Under the pieces are notes generated by a model that was not told where the DNA came from, made no database searches, and saw only the letters and a list, made by a program, of their open reading frames with translations. This document shows, piece by piece, positions 40,268-49,862 of a DNA stretch of 64,000 nucleotides. Source of the stretch: a virus; IMG/VR virus record IMGVR_UViG_3300025122_000009, positions 23,795-87,794 of that record; one strand, written 5' to 3'. Numbering within the stretch: the first letter of the stretch is position 1; every line of letters begins with the position of its first letter. The translations under genes and the position numbers were made by a program.

Positions 40268-40974
40268 AAAAGAAAATAGATTTATATGGAGATGATATCG
40301 GGTTTGTACAACTGGTTGATAGTCTTGGCGATGATCTTTCCGTGGTCAATAGCGCTCGTGTTTCTTTTGGCAAGCATAAGGCGCAACTGGAAGAACAAGA
40401 TAAAAAATTAATTAGTTATCTTATTGCACATCGCCACACCAGCACATTAGAACATTGTGTTATGACGCTTCGATTCAAGGTACCATTATTTATTTCCAAG
40501 CAGCACATGCGTCACCGAACGTGGAGCTACAATGAAATTAGTAGAAGGTACACCAATTTTAATATAGAATTTTATGAACCTCAAGCTTTCCGGGCTCAAC
40601 ACGAATCAAACCGACAAGCGAGCACGAGCGCACTAGTGGACCCCAAAGTGATTTATCATTCTGTTCCTAATGGGGCATCGAGCACGGCGAGCCAGTTGGT
40701 GAAAAATCACAATGGGGCTAGTTTGCGCCTATATGAGGCGCTCTTGGATGCTGGGGTGTGCCGGGAACAAGCGCGAGGGGTTTTACCCCAAAATATTTAT
40801 ACTGAATATTATGGAACAGCTAATTTAAATAATATTCTTAAATTTATTGCGTTGCGCACCCATCCCGGTGCACAGTGGGAAATCCAGCAAGTAGCCAACG
40901 CTGTTTTGGATATTGCTAAAGATTTGTTTCCGGTTACAGTTAAGGCTTTTATAAAGGAGAAAAATGTGGTATAA
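40264..40974 (+). CDS. thyX: Flavin-dependent thymidylate synthase
   Basis: VNSARVS, HTSTLEH, RHRTWSYNEISRRY, EQARGVLP, LRTHPGAQWEI. Confidence 0.95.
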   Translation: MKKKIDLYGDDIGFVQLVDSLGDDLSVVNSARVSFGKHKAQLEEQDKKLISYLIAHRHTSTLEHCVMTLRFKVPLFISKQHMRHRTWSYNEISRRYTNFNIEFYEPQAFRAQHESNRQASTSALVDPKVIYHSVPNGASSTASQLVKNHNGASLRLYEALLDAGVCREQARGVLPQNIYTEYYGTANLNNILKFIALRTHPGAQWEIQQVANAVLDIAKDLFPVTVKAFIKEKNVV

Positions 40975-41143
40975 TATTCGAGCACGGTCCATTTCGCTGG
41001 ACCGAATGATAGAATTTTGGCTGTTTGCGGAAGACAGAGAAAAATTAGATGAAATTTTAAATAAAAAGGAATATGATAATATTGAATGGATTAAAGAAGC
41101 CACCCCCCCGTGGGAGCGAAAAACAAAAAGGAGTATACGATGA
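40964..41143 (+). CDS. Hypothetical 59-aa protein (MWYNIRARSISLDRMIEFWLFAEDREKL...)
   Basis: AAGGAG RBS before ATG 40964; its stop overlaps the metK start (ATGA); not in the ORF track. Confidence 0.6.
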   Translation: MWYNIRARSISLDRMIEFWLFAEDREKLDEILNKKEYDNIEWIKEATPPWERKTKRSIR

Positions 41144-42108
41144 TTAGAACAGCGGAGTGTATAACACCCAAACATCCCGATAAAATTTGCGACAGGATTT
41201 CAGATGCTATTTTAGATGAATGCCTACGACAGGACCCTTCTTCTCGCGTAGCGGTGGAAACTTGTGGAGGGCATGGAAAAATATATATTACAGGGGAGAT
41301 TACCACTAGCGCAACAGTTGACATTCCAGTCATCGCTAAAGAAGTTTACGGGAAGCCTATCGAGGTTGAAACTAATATTGTCCAGCAGAGTAATTTCATC
41401 GCTCAAGGTGTTGACACAGGAGGGGCTGGGGACCAAGGCATTATGGTGGGGTATGCGTGCAATGAAAATGACGCTTTAATTCCGCAAGAGTTGTTTTTGG
41501 CGCGTCAGCTTTGTCGATTACTATATGATAAATACCCTCATGACGGCAAGACACAGGTGACTTTGGAAGATGATCGGATTGTTGCCGTGGTGGCCAGCTT
41601 CCAAAATGCACCAGCGGAAGATCTTCATGCGATGGTAAAGGAGTGGCTCGGCCTTCCGTGGCTGGATGGGCGACGAGAGCCTGAAATTCATTGCAATCCA
41701 GCGGGGGATTGGGAGATGGGCGGCTTTGATGCCGATGCTGGTGTGACAGGTCGCAAGCTCGTGGTGGATAATTATGGCCCTCGCATCCCGATTGGAGGGG
41801 GCGCGTTTAGTGGTAAAGACGCATCCAAAGTGGACCGGAGCGCTGCATATATGGCACGCCGTATAGCAGTAGATATTTTGGGGGATCATCAAGCCGATGA
41901 AGTGTATGTCTATTTGGCGTATGCGATTGGACATGATCAGCCAGTTCAAGCCACAGCAATAGTTGATGGTGTTGAGGTCCAATTGGGCTTGCTAGGCAAA
42001 TATGACTTAACTCCCCGTGGCATTAAATCATATTTAAAATTAACAGAACCAGTCTTTGAACAGAGTGCCACATGGGGGCATTTTGGCAACGGCTTTGAAT
42101 GGAGGTAA
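41140..42108 (+). CDS. metK: S-adenosylmethionine synthetase (short form)
   Basis: HPDKICDRISDAILD, GAGDQGIMVGYA, DGKTQVT, DAGVTGRK, GGGAFSGKDASKVDRSAAYMAR, GHFG. Confidence 0.93.
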   Translation: MIRTAECITPKHPDKICDRISDAILDECLRQDPSSRVAVETCGGHGKIYITGEITTSATVDIPVIAKEVYGKPIEVETNIVQQSNFIAQGVDTGGAGDQGIMVGYACNENDALIPQELFLARQLCRLLYDKYPHDGKTQVTLEDDRIVAVVASFQNAPAEDLHAMVKEWLGLPWLDGRREPEIHCNPAGDWEMGGFDADAGVTGRKLVVDNYGPRIPIGGGAFSGKDASKVDRSAAYMARRIAVDILGDHQADEVYVYLAYAIGHDQPVQATAIVDGVEVQLGLLGKYDLTPRGIKSYLKLTEPVFEQSATWGHFGNGFEWR

Positions 42109-42110
42109 AG

Positions 42111-42683
42111 ATGATTAAAGTATTATTAACAGTTCTAGCACTACTCATGACGACTGCAGCATTCGCACAAGAAGCGCCGCAGCCGCCCAATAACATATAC
42201 GGCTTTATGGGCGCTTTTAAGGGCGCAGTACCGGGCTTTGCCAAGAAGCCTCGTTACTTTAATGCTAAACGAGCGGAAGAAAATTTACGCTTCCTTTACG
42301 ACAAAAAGGGGGTAAGGCTCGTGTTTAGTTTGGATCATTGTAACGATGTGAACAAAGTCATTAGAAAAATGAATGTTAATTTGGACCCTCCTATCGAACA
42401 TATCTGCAGAAAGATATATCGAAGCGGCAAGCATTATGGCAAAAATATCACCTTGTTTGAAGAAATCGCGTCTGCTATTGGAAGTGAGCCTTTTTATATT
42501 CATTGTCGATACGGAGCCCACCGCGCAGTAACTGCCCTAACCGGTGGGTGGATAGCACGACTACGATTAAGTTTTGAGGAAGCCTTTGAGAGGACAGGTG
42601 GCAAAAAACGAGCCTTCAGGAGCAAGGGTCAAAAAGAGCTTTTGAACCAGGCCAAGAAGTACGCTGCTGATAGAATCGAATGA
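42111..42683 (+). CDS. Exported protein-tyrosine/dual-specificity phosphatase-like protein
   Basis: Signal peptide ending AFA; GVRLVFSLD; CX5R P-loop YIHCRYGAHRA. Confidence 0.7.
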   Translation: MIKVLLTVLALLMTTAAFAQEAPQPPNNIYGFMGAFKGAVPGFAKKPRYFNAKRAEENLRFLYDKKGVRLVFSLDHCNDVNKVIRKMNVNLDPPIEHICRKIYRSGKHYGKNITLFEEIASAIGSEPFYIHCRYGAHRAVTALTGGWIARLRLSFEEAFERTGGKKRAFRSKGQKELLNQAKKYAADRIE

Positions 42684-43129
42684 TAGCCCAACTCTTATGC
42701 GCCACAGTCGTGGCCCTCTCTTTCCCTAGAGCAGATGTAGCTTGTAAATATATGCCAACCTTGGTAGAAGCCTCAGAGAAATATAATTTAGAGCCATCGC
42801 TGATGATTGCTATGATACGGGTAGAAAGCAATTGGAAGACGACTGCTGTGAGTCGTTCGCGTGCTTGTGGCTTGACACAGGTATTGGTTAAATATTCTAA
42901 ATATTCGTGCCGTACTTTAACTCGGAATCCTAAGATTTCAATCATGGAAGGAGCTAAGAAGCTTAACTATTGGATTTATAAATATGGGAAAGGCAATATA
43001 AAAGTGGGCCTATGTGGGTACAATGCTGGCTTTAGGTGTAAGGGAAAAAACAAAAACAAGCGTGGTTTTCGCTATGCTAAAAAAGTTTTAAAGTATCAAA
43101 AGTTAGTGGATGAGAAAAATAGTTCTTGA
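42680..43129 (+). CDS. Lytic transglycosylase (SLT domain) with N-terminal hydrophobic segment
   Basis: AMIRVESNW (catalytic E), ACGLTQV, GAKKL, GYNAG. Confidence 0.85.
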   Translation: MIAQLLCATVVALSFPRADVACKYMPTLVEASEKYNLEPSLMIAMIRVESNWKTTAVSRSRACGLTQVLVKYSKYSCRTLTRNPKISIMEGAKKLNYWIYKYGKGNIKVGLCGYNAGFRCKGKNKNKRGFRYAKKVLKYQKLVDEKNSS

Positions 43130-44021
43130 TAAGGTTGTTATTGGAACGCGCCTCGATGCTCTCATTTATGCCTTTTTAAATGACCTTCCTCTATTGTTAG
43201 CTGACATTAAAAAGCCATCTCAAGTAGAATATTTAGAAGAAACATCTCTGCCGGTTATTGGAGATTTCCCCTCTACTCAATTGAAAACCGCTACTGTCGT
43301 TAAAACAGTTGGGCCCAACAAGCTTGAAGTGTGGAACCGCTTGTCTTTTTTGCTGTCGATAAGAGGAAAGATTCCATTTGCAGATAAAATTTCCTTTATC
43401 AGAGTCGATGAGGAAAAAAAAGAATTAAAAATTGTGACTCACAATTCACGCTCAATAATAATTCATTGTAACCGAGTTGTAATTTTTGATGATAAAAATG
43501 TAAATGGTCTTCCGGCTGCTGTTAAGACGTGCGGGGATGATACAAAGCGCACGGTGTTGGATTGGATTGATGTAAGGTCAGGGATGGTACACCCCTACGA
43601 TGTCATCGAAGCCGAACTCCCATTCGTGAACTCGGTTCATTTTTATCCCTCTAACCGGATTGATGGGAATCATGACCGTAAGGATTTGGTAGCCGTCTCG
43701 TATTTGACTAGAGACCAATTAAATAATATAAATTATTCTGACTTGCTTGTTCGCTACAGGGTTTTAGAGATGATGAAGGAAGTGGGTATTCGGGGAAGAC
43801 GGAACGGCAAAGATAGCAACAATCCCGCAAAATATAAACATTATGCTATAAAACTAGAAATGAATAAAAGAGAGGTTGACTTGGAGGAAAAAAATTTGTA
43901 TAATAATACATCTTTTATTAAATTTAAGTACGACACCGCAGAGGAATTATTGAAAAATGCTGCCACTGTTTCTTCTCCCCTTTTTGAATTGTATTCTAGC
44001 TTGAAAGGGGCACCCCCATGA
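43110..44021 (+). CDS. Hypothetical protein, possible degenerate Rossmann/FAD-binding N-terminus
   Basis: KVVIGTRLDALIYA at the N-terminus; coupled to the next gene. Confidence 0.6.
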   Translation: MRKIVLDKVVIGTRLDALIYAFLNDLPLLLADIKKPSQVEYLEETSLPVIGDFPSTQLKTATVVKTVGPNKLEVWNRLSFLLSIRGKIPFADKISFIRVDEEKKELKIVTHNSRSIIIHCNRVVIFDDKNVNGLPAAVKTCGDDTKRTVLDWIDVRSGMVHPYDVIEAELPFVNSVHFYPSNRIDGNHDRKDLVAVSYLTRDQLNNINYSDLLVRYRVLEMMKEVGIRGRRNGKDSNNPAKYKHYAIKLEMNKREVDLEEKNLYNNTSFIKFKYDTAEELLKNAATVSSPLFELYSSLKGAPP

Positions 44022-44890
44022 GCGCTTTTCATTTGGCCGGTATCGTGCCCGTGGCGGGTCAAAAATTAGATTTTAATTTTCCGTGGCATGACGCCCTTCA
44101 GCCTATTGGCAAAGACTATTTAGCAGTAGAAAGAGCAGTTGTGGAATGCGCGTATGCGGGGTGCGAAACAATATGGGTGGTATGTAACGATGATATGCAG
44201 CCTCTGATTCGCTATAGGTTGGGAGAGTATGTTCAAGATCCAATATTTTTAAACAGAAGACATCACTTCGGTGCAACTCAAGTGCATAAACAAATACCGA
44301 TTTACTACGTTCCCATTCACGTTAAAGACTTGGGTAAAAGAGATTGTCTTGCATGGAGTGTCTTGTATGGAGCCCTCACCTCCTATCATATAAGTAAGAA
44401 AATAAGTAAGTGGGTGGTTCCCTCTAAATATTATGCAGCTTTCCCATATGGGATATATGAGCCGGCAAGTGTGCGCGAGCATCGCAAAGAGATTTCAAGC
44501 CATAAAAGGTTTTATGTTACTTATCGGGGAAAAACAGTACGAGATAACGAATATCTAGGTTTTACATTTGACGAAGAAGACTATAAAGAATATGTGCGCG
44601 TTATCAGACGAGAAGGAACTGGCTTAAGAAGGCCCGGACAAACGATAGGAAATTCTATGGAAAACCTGCCCATTCAAGAAAGGTGGAGCGGAAGGCATTT
44701 TCCACTTGACAAAGTTTTTGGGGGTGCTATACTGGATGGTGCCAAGGTGGTGGAAGTCCCGTGGTACCAAAAGGTTGACAGTTGGGAGGGATTGAGGTAT
44801 TATTTGTCCGGTGATAAGCAAGTGGAGCGACCCACTAAAGACCTGTTTTCGTATAAAGAATGGAATCCAATAGGAGAGGATAACGAATGA
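44018..44890 (+). CDS. Nucleotidyltransferase-like protein (sugar-1-phosphate NTP transferase fold)
   Basis: AGIVPVAG...PWHDALQPIG..LAVERAVVECAYAGCETIWVV resembles the N-terminus of RmlA/GalU-type enzymes. Confidence 0.55.
   Translation: MSAFHLAGIVPVAGQKLDFNFPWHDALQPIGKDYLAVERAVVECAYAGCETIWVVCNDDMQPLIRYRLGEYVQDPIFLNRRHHFGATQVHKQIPIYYVPIHVKDLGKRDCLAWSVLYGALTSYHISKKISKWVVPSKYYAAFPYGIYEPASVREHRKEISSHKRFYVTYRGKTVRDNEYLGFTFDEEDYKEYVRVIRREGTGLRRPGQTIGNSMENLPIQERWSGRHFPLDKVFGGAILDGAKVVEVPWYQKVDSWEGLRYYLSGDKQVERPTKDLFSYKEWNPIGEDNE
44706..44733 (+). promoter_or_regulatory. Sigma70-like promoter upstream of dnaE
   Basis: TTGACA-N16-TATACT with extended -10 TG. Confidence 0.55.
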
Positions 44891-47800
44891 AAAAATCTAG
44901 CATACCTTTTGTGGGCCTCCACGCGCATAGCGTTGCGGGCTCTATATTTGATGGTCTCGGGTATCCTCAAGAACATATGGACTATGCTTTCGAAAATGGA
45001 AGCGAAGCACTGGCGCTTACTGACCATGGAAACATGAACGGATTAAGTTATCAGATTATGCACGCTCGCACGATGCGAGAAGACGGGAAAAACTTTAAGC
45101 CTATTTTTGGTGTAGAAGCGTATTTTTTACCCTCGGTAAAAAAGTGGAAACAGGAATACGAGGCTGTCAAAGCGGATAAAAAACGCCAAAAGGAGATTGA
45201 AAAGAGTAGCGGACTTGTTATTGAAAACGAAGGAGCTTCCAAGGCCCGTGCTAAAAATATCCTCAATAGACGACGCCACTTGATTTTACTGGCTCAAAAT
45301 CAGGAGGGTTTGAATAATATTTTTCGTATGATATCCACCTCATATCAAGGGGATAATTTTTATCGATATCCTCGTCTTGACTACGCCGCTCTTAAACAAC
45401 GCAACACGGGGGTTATAGCCGCAAGTGCATGTTTGGGCGGCGTATATGCTGGAGATTATTGGGAAAATAGAGAACGTGGTAAAGATGCTATTGCGGATGC
45501 TATGCGTAACACCACACACAACATGCTGGATATTTTTGGAGATCGCTGGTACGGGGAACTCCAATGGAATAATATTCCAGAACAACACGAATTGAATCAA
45601 TTTATTATTCAGATGCATCACGAGTTTGGTATTGAATTAATTTCAACAGCCGACAGTCATTACCCCAACCCTGATGCATGGAAGGATAGAGAACTTTATA
45701 AACGCCTCGGGTGGCTTGGGAAGTCTCGACCCGACTACCTTTCAGCCGACTTGCCAGCAGATGTAGATGAGATTGGTTATGAACTTTATCCAAAAAACGG
45801 CGATCAAATGTGGGAAGCATACAAGACATATTCCCAAAAAGTGGGGGCGTCTTATAATGATAATATGATTGCCGATTCAATTATGCGAACTCATGATATC
45901 GCTATGAATAGGATAGGCAGCTTTATGCCTGACAACAAGGTGCGGCTGCCGGATTTTGTAGTTCCCACGGGGATGACAGCAGACGCTGCGCTGGCCAAAT
46001 TAGGTATGGGAGGTCTGCAGGAGCGAGGGCTTTTGGATAATGAATATCTTGAACGTCTTCGATACGAAACCGATGTTATTAGTGAACGAGGATTCGCCAA
46101 GTATTTTCTCACTATGAAAAGTGTAGCCGACACTGCGACTGACAGTCAATTGGTGGGTTCGGGACGCGGAAGCGCCGCCGGGTCGTTGTTGGCATACGCG
46201 CTGGGAATTACGCAAGTAGACCCCATTAGGTATAATCTTCAGTTTGAGAGATTTATGCGCAAGGAGCAGAAAGATTATCCCGATATTGATTATGATGTTT
46301 CCGATCCGATGGAGTTAAAAGAAGAGTTGATGGAGGAGTGGGGCCAGACTACAGTAGTGCCCATCTCTAATTTTAATACTCTTCAATTGCGCTCGCTTAT
46401 TAAGGACGTTTCTAAATTTTATGGAGTGCCGTTCACCGAAGTGAATCCAGTTACCTCCAAGATGATTAGAGAAGCAACTCCAATCGCGAAGAAAAAACAT
46501 GGCATCAAAGCGGGGGTGTACGCTCCCACCTTTGAAGAATTAATGGAATATTCAGAATCCTTGAAGACCTTTCTAGCCAAATATCCTCATATCGCGGACC
46601 ATATTAACGTCCTTTTCGGGCAGTCGCGATCCGTTAGTAGGCACGCGGGGGGTGTTGTTGTTGGGGAGGATTTAGATAAGCACATGCCCCTTATCAATAG
46701 CGGTGGAGTGGTTCAAACGCCGTGGAGCGAGGGTCAAAATGTCAGGCACTTAGAGCCTATGGGTTTCATTAAATTTGATATCCTGGGGCTGGCGTCACTC
46801 CGTATGATGGAGGGCGCAATCCGGCACATCTTAAAGCGTCATCACGGGGTTGACGAGCCGCGCTTTGAGGACGTAAAACAATTTTACGATGAAAATTTGC
46901 ATCCTGATAAGATTAATTTTGACGATCAGAAGGTTTATAAGAATATCTTTCACAAGGGAAAGTGGGCCGGCATATTCCAGTTCACGGAGAAGGGAGCGCA
47001 AGACTTTTGCAAGAAAGCAAAGCCGCGCAGCATCATCGATATCGCAGCCATTACAAGTATTTACCGACCAGGACCACTGAGTGCTGGGGTGGATAAGATG
47101 TATGTCAAGGCAAAGAGTACCCCTGCAGATATCGAATACCCTCATCGCCTTTTTAGGGAAGCAACGGAAGAGACGTATGGGTTCTTGATCTTCCAGGAGC
47201 AAATCGCCATGCTTGCCCACAAGCTTGGAAAGGACATCACTCTAGACGAGGGGAATGCTCTAAGAAAGCTGTTGGTTAAAAAAGGGACAGGCAAAAAGGA
47301 TGACAAGAAAGAGGACATTAAAAGGCGCTTTGTTGAAGGGTGTAAGCTTAATGGGCTTACGCGAGGAGACGCCGAAGAAATGTGGGCGAAGTTTGAATAC
47401 TTCTCAGGCTATGGCTTCAATAAGTCGCATGCAGTTAGTTATAGCATACTTAGTTATCAGTGCGGTTGGCTTTACAACTATTATCCTGCTGAGTGGATGG
47501 CTGCTTTCTTAGACAAAGAGCCCGAGGGAAGAAAAGAAAAGGCTATTGGTATTGCCAAGCAGTTTGGATTTAAAATCAAGCCACTTAACATCAACCAATC
47601 TGGGAAGGTGTGGGAGATATCAGAGGACGGCAAGACTTTGATCCAGCCTCTCACATCGATCAAGGGACTTGGGGACGCAGCCATGCAACAGATCATGGAG
47701 CATCGACCTTTCAACAATATAGAGGAGTTCTTGTTTCACGAAGAGATTGTATATGGCAAACTCAACAAGCGCGCCCTTGATGTGTTGGTTCGAAGTGAGG

Positions 47801-48306
47801 CTTTGGAGTGCTTGATGGATAAACGCTTTAGTGGTGGAAAACATTTCTGGAGCGCGGTTGCTGTGGACCGCCCGCGCAAGGAGAAAAATCTGTTGGAGAA
47901 TATTGATTCATATGTGGAAGAGGGAGATTTCACAAACGAAGAAAAGATTGAGCACCTCTCTTCTTTGACAGGGGTATTCCCCATGGACCTTGTGATGGAT
48001 GAGCATATTTTGAGACGGTTGAACGAGAACCACATCCCGCCTATTTCAGAGTATGACCCCGACCTTTTGGTTACGTGGTTTATACCCAGGAAAACCACGC
48101 TGCGGAAAACTAAAAATGGGAAGGACTATTATATTGTTGAAGTGATTGACAACAACAGTGTCCAAACATCTATCAAGTGCTGGGGGGTTGACCCGACGCG
48201 AGATAGAATATATAATAATAGACCTTACATGGCAAAGTTGAGTTACGATGAGCAGTGGGGTTTTAGTACAAGATCAGTTCGACACACATTTAAATTGCTA
48301 GCGTAG
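44887..48306 (+). CDS. dnaE: DNA polymerase III alpha subunit (family C)
   Basis: PHP domain (LHAHS, TDHG, GVEAY, ADSHY), GRGSAAGSL, PDIDYD, HAGGVV, KFDILGL, FQEQ, YGFNKSHA. Confidence 0.95.
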   Translation: MKKSSIPFVGLHAHSVAGSIFDGLGYPQEHMDYAFENGSEALALTDHGNMNGLSYQIMHARTMREDGKNFKPIFGVEAYFLPSVKKWKQEYEAVKADKKRQKEIEKSSGLVIENEGASKARAKNILNRRRHLILLAQNQEGLNNIFRMISTSYQGDNFYRYPRLDYAALKQRNTGVIAASACLGGVYAGDYWENRERGKDAIADAMRNTTHNMLDIFGDRWYGELQWNNIPEQHELNQFIIQMHHEFGIELISTADSHYPNPDAWKDRELYKRLGWLGKSRPDYLSADLPADVDEIGYELYPKNGDQMWEAYKTYSQKVGASYNDNMIADSIMRTHDIAMNRIGSFMPDNKVRLPDFVVPTGMTADAALAKLGMGGLQERGLLDNEYLERLRYETDVISERGFAKYFLTMKSVADTATDSQLVGSGRGSAAGSLLAYALGITQVDPIRYNLQFERFMRKEQKDYPDIDYDVSDPMELKEELMEEWGQTTVVPISNFNTLQLRSLIKDVSKFYGVPFTEVNPVTSKMIREATPIAKKKHGIKAGVYAPTFEELMEYSESLKTFLAKYPHIADHINVLFGQSRSVSRHAGGVVVGEDLDKHMPLINSGGVVQTPWSEGQNVRHLEPMGFIKFDILGLASLRMMEGAIRHILKRHHGVDEPRFEDVKQFYDENLHPDKINFDDQKVYKNIFHKGKWAGIFQFTEKGAQDFCKKAKPRSIIDIAAITSIYRPGPLSAGVDKMYVKAKSTPADIEYPHRLFREATEETYGFLIFQEQIAMLAHKLGKDITLDEGNALRKLLVKKGTGKKDDKKEDIKRRFVEGCKLNGLTRGDAEEMWAKFEYFSGYGFNKSHAVSYSILSYQCGWLYNYYPAEWMAAFLDKEPEGRKEKAIGIAKQFGFKIKPLNINQSGKVWEISEDGKTLIQPLTSIKGLGDAAMQQIMEHRPFNNIEEFLFHEEIVYGKLNKRALDVLVRSEALECLMDKRFSGGKHFWSAVAVDRPRKEKNLLENIDSYVEEGDFTNEEKIEHLSSLTGVFPMDLVMDEHILRRLNENHIPPISEYDPDLLVTWFIPRKTTLRKTKNGKDYYIVEVIDNNSVQTSIKCWGVDPTRDRIYNNRPYMAKLSYDEQWGFSTRSVRHTFKLLA

Positions 48307-48313
48307 AAAGTTC

Positions 48314-48342
48314 TTGACTTTTTGTGTGTAATCCCTTATTAT
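48314..48342 (+). promoter_or_regulatory. Sigma70-like promoter for the MTase block
   Basis: TTGACT-N17-TATTAT. Confidence 0.65.
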
Positions 48343-48382
48343 TGGAGTTGAGTTTGTGGCTTATTGTTTCAAAGGAAAAAAT

Positions 48383-49246
48383 ATGAAAATTGATTTGTTT
48401 GAAGGCGATTGCCTTGAGGTTATGAAAGAAATAAAAGACAACTCAGTTGATTTAATTTTAGCTGATTTACCATATGGAACAACTGATAGGGCCGGGAAAA
48501 AAGGATCTCGAATTTTTAAGTGGGATTCTGTTATCCCGCTGGACGAGCTTTGGGCTCAGTACAAAAGAATACTGCGAAGAAATGGAGCGGTGGTGTTAAC
48601 TGCTGATCAACCCTTTACTGCACAATTGGTGATGTCTAATTTGGAATGGTTCAAGTACGAATGGATTTGGAAGAAATCTCGAACTACAGGATTTTTTACA
48701 GCAAATTATCGACCCATGAAATCTACAGAGGACATTCTAGTTTTTTCAGAGGGAGGAGCCGCTGCAGCATCAGCTAACTCGAAAAAGGGTAATATGACTT
48801 ATAACCCTCAAGGTCTAATCGAAAAGCGTGTTAAAAAAAGAAATAGTAGAAAAAGACTTGGCAAGTTGTTGGGCGTCGAAGAGTTCGTAGGTAAAAACAA
48901 TAAAATGCTGGGTGATAGCGAATACGAACAAAAGTATACGAATTATCCTACAGAGATGTTAGAATTTAAGATAGAAAGCGATACGATACACCCTACTCAA
49001 AAACCAATACCATTAATGGAGTACTTAATAAATACTTATTCTAATGAGGGCGAAACCGTATTGGATAATGTGATGGGGTCTGGCACAACTGGCATCGCAG
49101 CCATCAAGACTAATAGAAATTTTATCGGGATAGAAAATGACGAACAATATTTTCAGCTAGCAACAGACAGGATTAAAGCGACATTGAATAATAATGAGGA
49201 GAGGGTCAGCAACAACCAATTGGAGATTTACTCAAATGAAAAATAA
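48383..49246 (+). CDS. DNA N4-cytosine/N6-adenine methyltransferase (beta class)
   Basis: GDCLEVM, DLPYG (motif IV), HPTQKP, VLDNVMGSGTT (motif I). Confidence 0.92.
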   Translation: MKIDLFEGDCLEVMKEIKDNSVDLILADLPYGTTDRAGKKGSRIFKWDSVIPLDELWAQYKRILRRNGAVVLTADQPFTAQLVMSNLEWFKYEWIWKKSRTTGFFTANYRPMKSTEDILVFSEGGAAAASANSKKGNMTYNPQGLIEKRVKKRNSRKRLGKLLGVEEFVGKNNKMLGDSEYEQKYTNYPTEMLEFKIESDTIHPTQKPIPLMEYLINTYSNEGETVLDNVMGSGTTGIAAIKTNRNFIGIENDEQYFQLATDRIKATLNNNEERVSNNQLEIYSNEK

Positions 49247-49859
49247 TAATTTATTGCAAGAGAAGTGTCTATCTGGTGTCAGGTCTTTTTATGATGAGGG
49301 TGTTGGTCTCCGCAGCAAGGAGTTGAAAAATTATACTTCTGGAGACGGCAAGAACAAGGGAATGGAGGAACTAGTAAAAGAGTTAGTCGATGCCGTGGCC
49401 GATCATTTGGGTTTGAGCGAACGGATCAAGATCGATCAAAAATATTTTAATCCCGAAGATACTGAAGAGTGGGATCCTCAACGAATGGATTTGCACGTAT
49501 GGGTGGATGACAAAGTGGCGCTAGTGATTGAAACCCGTGCATGGGTAGATAAGCCTTTTTATACTCTTAAACGGGCAGTAGTAAAAAACTTTATGGAACT
49601 CCCCTACGTCAGCGAGAAATTACATGAGGACGTAGAATTCATTCTGGTAGCGCTAGCTATCGACATCAAACCGAGACTGGTGCGGACTATGGACCGGGTA
49701 CTAGGGTATGGGGATATTATTCATACTTTTAAATTTTCCCCTCATAGAAGGGGCTACAAAGGTGGAAACTATTTTGATCATGGAGTCAGCGAGGCGGGGG
49801 TTGAAAAGTTTATTACCCTGTTGGTAACAAAGCTTTCTAAACATACTGAAAAGGAGTAA
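49236..49859 (+). CDS. Putative PD-(D/E)xK endonuclease, possible type II restriction enzyme
   Basis: Overlaps the MTase stop; GMEELV...RMDLHVW...LVIETRAW fits an E...D...ExR nuclease core; GGAG RBS. Confidence 0.45.
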   Translation: MKNNNLLQEKCLSGVRSFYDEGVGLRSKELKNYTSGDGKNKGMEELVKELVDAVADHLGLSERIKIDQKYFNPEDTEEWDPQRMDLHVWVDDKVALVIETRAWVDKPFYTLKRAVVKNFMELPYVSEKLHEDVEFILVALAIDIKPRLVRTMDRVLGYGDIIHTFKFSPHRRGYKGGNYFDHGVSEAGVEKFITLLVTKLSKHTEKE

Positions 49860-49862
49860 CAA

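Noticed and set aside
37241-42108. Host chromosomal flank of a prophage explaining aceBA/metK
   Set aside because: Same strand, tight packing and RBS style as phage genes; interleaved with phage thyX and hypotheticals; no integrase or att site seen. An assembly chimera can only be excluded with reads.
33907-48306. Inteins or group I introns in nrdJ, thyX or dnaE
   Set aside because: Normal lengths; no intein termini, LAGLIDADG motifs or interruptions seen
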